Shown: positions 58,305 to 63,361 of the stretch, piece by piece
Numbering within the stretch: the stretch's first letter is position 1
Layout: every line of letters begins with the position of its first letter
Assembly (NCBI GenBank): GCA_015494395.1
Contig: WGBG01000011.1
Coordinates: forward strand, 1 to 63,361
Direction of reading: 5' to 3'
DNA from: Deltaproteobacteria bacterium
GTDB taxonomy: Bacteria > Desulfobacterota > Dissulfuribacteria > Dissulfuribacterales > QOAL01
Length of the DNA stretch: 63,361 nucleotides
Program-made: the position numbers and the translations under genes
The notes under the pieces: generated by a model
Seen by the model: the letters and a program-made list of their open reading frames with translations, nothing else
What the model was told of the DNA's origin: nothing
Database searches by the model: none

Positions 58305-61300
58305 TTACCTGCCAAAAGCGGCTGCAAACTCATCTACGCTGACTGTGGGATTGAGGCCAGTGGCAAGGGCTGCCAGGTCCAGTCCGTCCACATCTCCGTC
58401 TTGATCATAGTCTGCTGGAGATGAGCCAAGGATGGTCAAGGTGGAGTGCGCATCCCGGCAGGGCGCAGATAGCCCTCCACATTCCGTAACCTTCCAGAGA
58501 TTAAAGTCTATCAGTCCGTCACATGAGTAGTTGGTGTTCTTACAGAAGGCGGGATAGGTTTCATCAATTACCGTTAATGCGTTGATCTCATATGTGTTGT
58601 TGTCAATCATATGTGGTAGATCACCTGTTGTTGGCTTGCCGTCCAGTATCTTGAACAATGGCTGGCCCTCTTCGGAACGCACAGTATTATTTTCAAACGT
58701 ACAACCTGATGCATTTGTAAATGCAGTGAAAAATACAACCTGAGCCCCTTCACTTCCAGGTAAAGAGTTATACTGTACGGTGTTTCCTGTAATGATGTTA
58801 TCCTTTCCTGTAATGGCAAGACCGCTGAGGGAGTTGTTCTCCACAATATTATTTTCAATGTGAACTGCTGTTACATTGGCATCAAGCATAATGCCTGCGC
58901 TTCTGAGTTCCCTGGAGCCTCCGTTTCTCACGGTGTTACCTGTAACCCGTGTGCCTGTACTGATGTTAAGAAGATAAATACCGGCTGAGTCATAGGAGAG
59001 AGTATTTGCCTCTTCAACCAGGTTATTGGATATGGTGGTGTTAATTATATTCTGAGCCTGGCCTGGGAAATCAGCGCTTACTGATATGCCTGCAGATCCT
59101 GATCTCAATACTGTATTGCCTGATATGGTATTATTCCAGCTATAAATTCCGTAAGCCGGCCCTGGACTCATAGAGTATATACTTATTCCGGTAACAAGGG
59201 AATCTGTCACTGTACTGTTAATTACGCTGCTGTAGCTTGTATTATGAAACAGAACTCCACTCCTGTGGCCGTCTGATCCGATTCCAGTAATGTTCAAATT
59301 TTCCAGGTTTATGTGGTTGCATTCGTAGAGATAGATACCACATTCTTTGTAACCCCTCAAATTGATGTCTTTTATTGTGATATAGTCAAGTCGTGAGAGA
59401 TTAAAGCCCATTCGATATTGGGAGAGTTCTATATTTTCGTCTGAAGGGTTAAGCTCCGAATGAATATAAAGTGACTTTTCCTGGTCGTCCCAGTACCACT
59501 GTCCCGGCCGAGTAAGGCTGTTTACAGTCACTATGAGTCCACCCGGAGGAGAGAGAGTCAGAAAGAATTTTTCCTCAGTACCGCTATCATTCAGCTGCCT
59601 TACCTCTACATTGTAGGTCGATAACCAGTGAAGGGTGGGGTCATTAAAAAATGTGATGCCGGACACCTGCTTTGACGCAACATCAACAGATGTCACCCAC
59701 ATATTGCAGTAATATCCGTCGGTTTGTAAAAGAACGGCTCCTGGCCTTACCTGGCTCACGTCGGAACTGAACTGAAGCGTTGCTATTGGGGCCATTGGGG
59801 TCCCATTGTAAAATACAACACCCGGCTCCCAGCTCCAGTTGATGGTTCTGTATATATTTGTGTCAACCTCTTCCCACTGGATGGCAAAGGGAAAGTCAGG
59901 ATAGGTGGCATCAAAGAGTGGCGGTGGATCAGCAGGGTCACCGTAGGCACCTATGGTTATAGGATAGCCTTCCATGCCCGAGTCCTTAAGGGTCACGCCT
60001 TCCTGATGCCAGACATCTCCCCGTTTGAACAGTATGGAATCACCGGGCCCGAAGGTGCCCGCTGGACTCCGGCTAATCTTGTAGATGTTTTTCCAGGGCT
60101 GTTCAGGAGAGGTGCCGTTGTTGTTGTCGTTGCCTGTGGAATAACTGACATAGTACGTCTTTGTATCTGTGGGAGGCTCAATTATTGTCTCGCATGTTGG
60201 GGGTTCCGGGGGAGGCGGGGTGCCATTATAGTATGAATGATCTTCGATGTGGGTACCTGATGCACATTTCCAGGTATCAAAGTCAATTGGTTCGCTGCAT
60301 TCATATTTGTTGACCCAGCAAAAAGGCGTGGGATTGGTAGAAGTATAGTTGTTGTAATCAATGGTATGTGGCAAGTCGCCATCGGTTGGGTGGCCGTTAA
60401 GCACCATGAAGAGGGACTGGTTGTCTCCAGCATCCATGGTGTTGTCCGTGACAGTGCAGTTGGAAGCATTCTCCTTCACAGTAAAAAATAGAACTTGTGC
60501 TGAAGGCCACGACTGCACTCCATTATACCTGATGGTGTTGTTGGTGATGTGGTGTGAGCTTCCTGTTGCAGTTATGCCTCCTAGCGAGTTGTTTTCGATA
60601 ATATTTCCATCAATGGTTACCGGCAGTACATCACTGTCTACCATGATTCCTGCACTTCTTAACTGGACAGAGCCGCCATCTCTTATGGTGTTGTTAATAA
60701 TTCGGTTTCCATCGCCAATATTAAGCAGATAGATACCTGCAGCATCATAAGACAGGCGGTTGGAACCCTCTATGAGGTTTCCATATATAGTGTTGTGATG
60801 CACACAAGTCTGGCGTGAGGCAGTGTCTGTATTGATACTTATGCCGGCAGAGCCTGAGTAACGAATTTCGTTGTTTGAGATTGTGTTGAAAGATGCGCTG
60901 AGCTCAGAGTTCCAGAGATAGATACTTATCCCTGTTCTTAGGGAGTAATCTATACTGGAGTTTTCTACAAGGCTGTTATTAGTTTCATTAAGCAAAATAC
61001 CGGTCATATGGCCCGATGCGCCTGTTCCAAATATCTTTACATTCCTGACGGTGAAATTATTGCACGAGGCAAGGTATATTCCTACGTCCTTGAATCCCCT
61101 GAAAGTAATGTCTTCAATATTTATGTATTCTTGGGTGTTTGCCACAAATCCCCAGTTGGTAAAGCCCACATCTGAGCTTTCTGCTGCTTCCAAAGAATCT
61201 GCATAGAGATAAATGGAGCCTGTATCACTGTCCCAGTACCACTGACCCGGCGCGCTAAGGCTCTGAGGCTCTGTACGAAGTCCCCCATTTTCAGATATAG

Positions 61301-62009
61301 TCACATATGCGTTGATCTCTTCCCCTGTAACATCATCCAACTGGCGTACCTGAACGGTGCTGTTGGCTATCCAATATTTGTCAGGGGCGGTAAAAAAAGT
61401 AATGCCGTAAAGTTTGTTTTCCTGGGAGTTTACAGCTGTAACCCAGAAGTTGCCGTAGTAACCCTCTGTTTGGATCAGCACAGCGCCAGGTTTTATACTG
61501 TCAACACTGGATGCACATTCGATGGTATATATTGATGGCATTGGAATGTTGTCATAGATAAGCAGGCCAGGATAGTTGTTCCATGATGGTGAGGTGGTTC
61601 TGAAAACATTGCCTGATACATTCGTCCAGGTAACTGCCAGGGGATATGTTCCGTCAAATACAGGTGTTGGTGCGTTGGTGTCGCCATATACCCCTATTGT
61701 TATGGGGTTATCTGCCGTACCTGACCACTTGAGCCAGAGTCCTTCATGCCATGTCTCTCCGCGTTTGAATAATATCTGGTCTCCTGGGGAAAAGCTGGAG
61801 TTACTGACTTTTGCCGCTGTTTTCCATGGACTGGTATAAGTTCCCGGGTTGTTGTCATTCCCGTTTGTTGCATCCACATAGTATGTTGCAGCCCCTGCGA
61901 CAAGGCAGGTAGCCCATATCCATGTCAGGCAGACTAAAGAGACAAGTATATAGTGCGGAGACTTGCGGCAGAGTCGGCAGTGTACTGCTCCCGTGTCAGT
62001 TATTTTCAT
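58305..62009 (-). CDS. Secreted giant right-handed parallel beta-helix repeat protein: two tandem modules of about 560 aa plus a C-terminal dockerin/EF-hand-like Ca-binding loop
   Basis: Signal-like N-terminus (..LTWIWATCLVAGA). Repeated NNTI/GNTV/ENN beta-helix rungs (SAGI.., NNTIR.., ENNSLGG..). The two modules start at ATYYVDATNGNDNNPG and KTYYVSYSTGNDNNNG. The C-terminus is DYDQDGDVDGLDLAALA. Confidence 0.75.
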   Translation of the reverse strand: MKITDTGAVHCRLCRKSPHYILVSLVCLTWIWATCLVAGAATYYVDATNGNDNNPGTYTSPWKTAAKVSNSSFSPGDQILFKRGETWHEGLWLKWSGTADNPITIGVYGDTNAPTPVFDGTYPLAVTWTNVSGNVFRTTSPSWNNYPGLLIYDNIPMPSIYTIECASSVDSIKPGAVLIQTEGYYGNFWVTAVNSQENKLYGITFFTAPDKYWIANSTVQVRQLDDVTGEEINAYVTISENGGLRTEPQSLSAPGQWYWDSDTGSIYLYADSLEAAESSDVGFTNWGFVANTQEYINIEDITFRGFKDVGIYLASCNNFTVRNVKIFGTGASGHMTGILLNETNNSLVENSSIDYSLRTGISIYLWNSELSASFNTISNNEIRYSGSAGISINTDTASRQTCVHHNTIYGNLIEGSNRLSYDAAGIYLLNIGDGNRIINNTIRDGGSVQLRSAGIMVDSDVLPVTIDGNIIENNSLGGITATGSSHHITNNTIRYNGVQSWPSAQVLFFTVKENASNCTVTDNTMDAGDNQSLFMVLNGHPTDGDLPHTIDYNNYTSTNPTPFCWVNKYECSEPIDFDTWKCASGTHIEDHSYYNGTPPPPEPPTCETIIEPPTDTKTYYVSYSTGNDNNNGTSPEQPWKNIYKISRSPAGTFGPGDSILFKRGDVWHQEGVTLKDSGMEGYPITIGAYGDPADPPPLFDATYPDFPFAIQWEEVDTNIYRTINWSWEPGVVFYNGTPMAPIATLQFSSDVSQVRPGAVLLQTDGYYCNMWVTSVDVASKQVSGITFFNDPTLHWLSTYNVEVRQLNDSGTEEKFFLTLSPPGGLIVTVNSLTRPGQWYWDDQEKSLYIHSELNPSDENIELSQYRMGFNLSRLDYITIKDINLRGYKECGIYLYECNHINLENLNITGIGSDGHRSGVLFHNTSYSSVINSTVTDSLVTGISIYSMSPGPAYGIYSWNNTISGNTVLRSGSAGISVSADFPGQAQNIINTTISNNLVEEANTLSYDSAGIYLLNISTGTRVTGNTVRNGGSRELRSAGIMLDANVTAVHIENNIVENNSLSGLAITGKDNIITGNTVQYNSLPGSEGAQVVFFTAFTNASGCTFENNTVRSEEGQPLFKILDGKPTTGDLPHMIDNNTYEINALTVIDETYPAFCKNTNYSCDGLIDFNLWKVTECGGLSAPCRDAHSTLTILGSSPADYDQDGDVDGLDLAALATGLNPTVSVDEFAAAFGR

Positions 62010-62113
62010 GTTAAACTCCGTAATATTTTTTAAAGTTGCTCAAGTTTGGCTCTGTTATAAGAAGTCGTGCCCTGGATTACTTGTTCGGGCGTATCTGTTT
62101 ACAAATAATTATT

Positions 62114-62133
62114 CTTATCAAGAAGTATGCCAA
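62114..62133 (-). promoter_or_regulatory. Weak sigma-54-like promoter candidate upstream of the beta-helix gene
   Basis: The minus strand reads TTGGCATACTTCTTGATAAG: the -24 TGGCAT is good, the spacing is GG-N10, but the -12 is TTGA rather than TTGC. It lies about 105 nt upstream of the ATG at 62009. Confidence 0.2.
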
Positions 62134-62244
62134 AAAATATTCTGTAAAGCCTGTAAGATTCACACCTGTTTAGTAGATTTTTATAAATTCAAGACATTAA
62201 GGTAACCTTATTTCCGGGTATTGTGAAATGTTTTTCTGCCTTAA

Positions 62245-63156
62245 TTGGAGGGCTGGATTATGAAGTGCAGGGATATTCATGCAAGTTGTCAAACTGAGAG
62301 ATTTATGCTGCGATCTGAATCCCATATTCTGGTTTGGCATGATTCCTTGAATATTTACGTCCTGCTTTTCCTGTTTTTTATTTTATTTTTTGGACCGGAA
62401 ATGGCACTGGCGGAAAAATCCGGAGCAGTAGAGTTGCGACCGGAACAGATTTTTGATGCCGTTACCATACGGACATTTCCCCATGATCCCAGGGCATTTA
62501 CTGAAGGCCTTCTGTTCTACAATAGCATTCTCTTTGAATCAACAGGACGTTACGGCAGATCGGAGTTAAGAGAGGTGGACATTGAGACAGGCAGGGTCAA
62601 AAGGCGGGTCTCTATTGACAAAACACTGTTTGGAGAGGGTGTATGCGTCTTTTCCGGACGGATGGTGCAGCTTACATGGAGGGCAGGAAAGGGCCTGGTC
62701 TATGATGCGGTTTCATTGAAACAGGTTGGTAGCTTTACCTACAGTGGAGAGGGCTGGGGGCTTACATTTGATGAAAAGCACCTTGTTATGAGTAATGGAA
62801 CGGATGTGCTTAGATTTCTTGATCCTGCGACCTGCAGGCCGGTCAGGAGCGTTCGGGTCCACAGCGCCTCAAGGGGGGCGGTGTATTTTTTAAATGAGCT
62901 TGAGTATGTAAATGGCGAGATCTGGGCAAATGTATGGCGTAAGGACCTGATTGTACGCATCAATCCGAAAGATGGCCGTGTAACCGGCTGGATAAGGCTT
63001 GGAGGGCTTGTGGGTAATGCTGAAAGAACCCACCAGGAGCAGGTCTTTAACGGTATTGCCTGGGATAACAGGAAAAAACGGTTAATCGTGGCCATCAAAT
63101 CGTGGCCACTACTCTATGAGATCAGGCTCGTGCCCTGTCCTCAAGCTGGGAAATAA
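62245..63156 (+). CDS. Glutaminyl-peptide cyclotransferase (beta-propeller, plant/bacterial type)
   Basis: [46 protein letters not shown], and [15 protein letters not shown]. The N-terminal hydrophobic segment suggests export, and the true start may be an internal Met. Confidence 0.8.
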   Translation: MEGWIMKCRDIHASCQTERFMLRSESHILVWHDSLNIYVLLFLFFILFFGPEMALAEKSGAVELRPEQIFDAVTIRTFPHDPRAFTEGLLFYNSILFESTGRYGRSELREVDIETGRVKRRVSIDKTLFGEGVCVFSGRMVQLTWRAGKGLVYDAVSLKQVGSFTYSGEGWGLTFDEKHLVMSNGTDVLRFLDPATCRPVRSVRVHSASRGAVYFLNELEYVNGEIWANVWRKDLIVRINPKDGRVTGWIRLGGLVGNAERTHQEQVFNGIAWDNRKKRLIVAIKSWPLLYEIRLVPCPQAGK

Positions 63157-63361
63157 CGGCAGCCCCGCATGAATCACTGAAAATGTTTACAGTGGTGCGG
63201 CACATGTCAAGCACCCTGTCCACCATAAGTATCGGGGCAATGGCCTCTGCCGGAAGTCCAATTGCGTTGAGTATTACGGTTATAGCCACAAGGCTTGCAG
63301 CAGGGATCCCTGCCACTCCTATGGACGTGAGGAGAGCGGTTATTACAACTGTAAACTGCTG
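63122..63361 (-). CDS. Dicarboxylate/amino acid:cation symporter (DAACS/GltP family), C-terminal fragment; the 5' end lies beyond the window
   Basis: The frame is open to the window edge, and the C-terminal sequence ..[54 protein letters not shown] is typical of the family. Confidence 0.7.
   Translation of the reverse strand, partial: QQFTVVITALLTSIGVAGIPAASLVAITVILNAIGLPAEAIAPILMVDRVLDMCRTTVNIFSDSCGAAVISQLEDRARA

Overview
This 63.4-kb chromosomal segment has gene content typical of a Desulfobacterales-type sulfate-reducing deltaproteobacterium; that assignment is an inference from gene content only. I read about 50 protein genes, two tRNAs (Ser-CGA and initiator Met) and three families of structured intergenic repeats.

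Layout, left to right:
- 1-2359: two nuclease-fold genes (Uma2, and an AAA-ATPase/PD-(D/E)XK protein).
- 2398-13402: a one-strand surface-glycan locus. It combines a nonulosonic-acid module (NeuB family, cytidylyltransferase-PseG fusion, LbH acetyltransferase, Wzx) with an SQD1/SqdB-type UDP-sulfoquinovose synthase. There is a sharp GC break inside it.
- 13461-20353: a regulator, a transglutaminase-like protein, an orphan Tat molybdopterin oxidoreductase, a LysR regulator and an APC permease.
- 20523-22119: tadA and aroB.
- 24547-33806: an Flx/Hdr-type electron-transfer cluster (FlxA/B/C-like, MvhD, a double-module HdrA, an HdrD-like protein).
- 34405-38020: gyrB and dnaN, with no dnaA or recF.
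- 38424-52843: housekeeping genes (adk, moeA, epmA-efp, acyP, ligA and others).
- 52865-62133: a B12-radical-SAM gene, a sigma-54 two-component pair and a 1234-aa internally duplicated beta-helix exoprotein.
- 62245-63361: a glutaminyl cyclase and a partial symporter.

I found no CRISPR array, prophage, integrase, reverse transcriptase or recognisable defence operon. The observations most worth follow-up:
1. An in-frame TGA with a downstream hairpin joins the two Hdr-type ORFs at 32574-33806. This is a candidate selenoprotein, and the Sec falls in a CCG motif.
2. Two families of non-autonomous transposable elements (MITE-like), family A with five copies and family B with four, have terminal inverted repeats and target-site duplications. 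They cluster in the same intergenic gaps and often sit directly next to gene starts.
3. A pair of about 125-bp inverted repeats brackets a 2-kb two-gene segment inside the flx/hdr cluster.
4. A sulfoquinovose plus nonulosonic-acid glycan locus occurs in a probable sulfite-producing organism.

All product calls come from motif and family recognition by eye. No database search was run.
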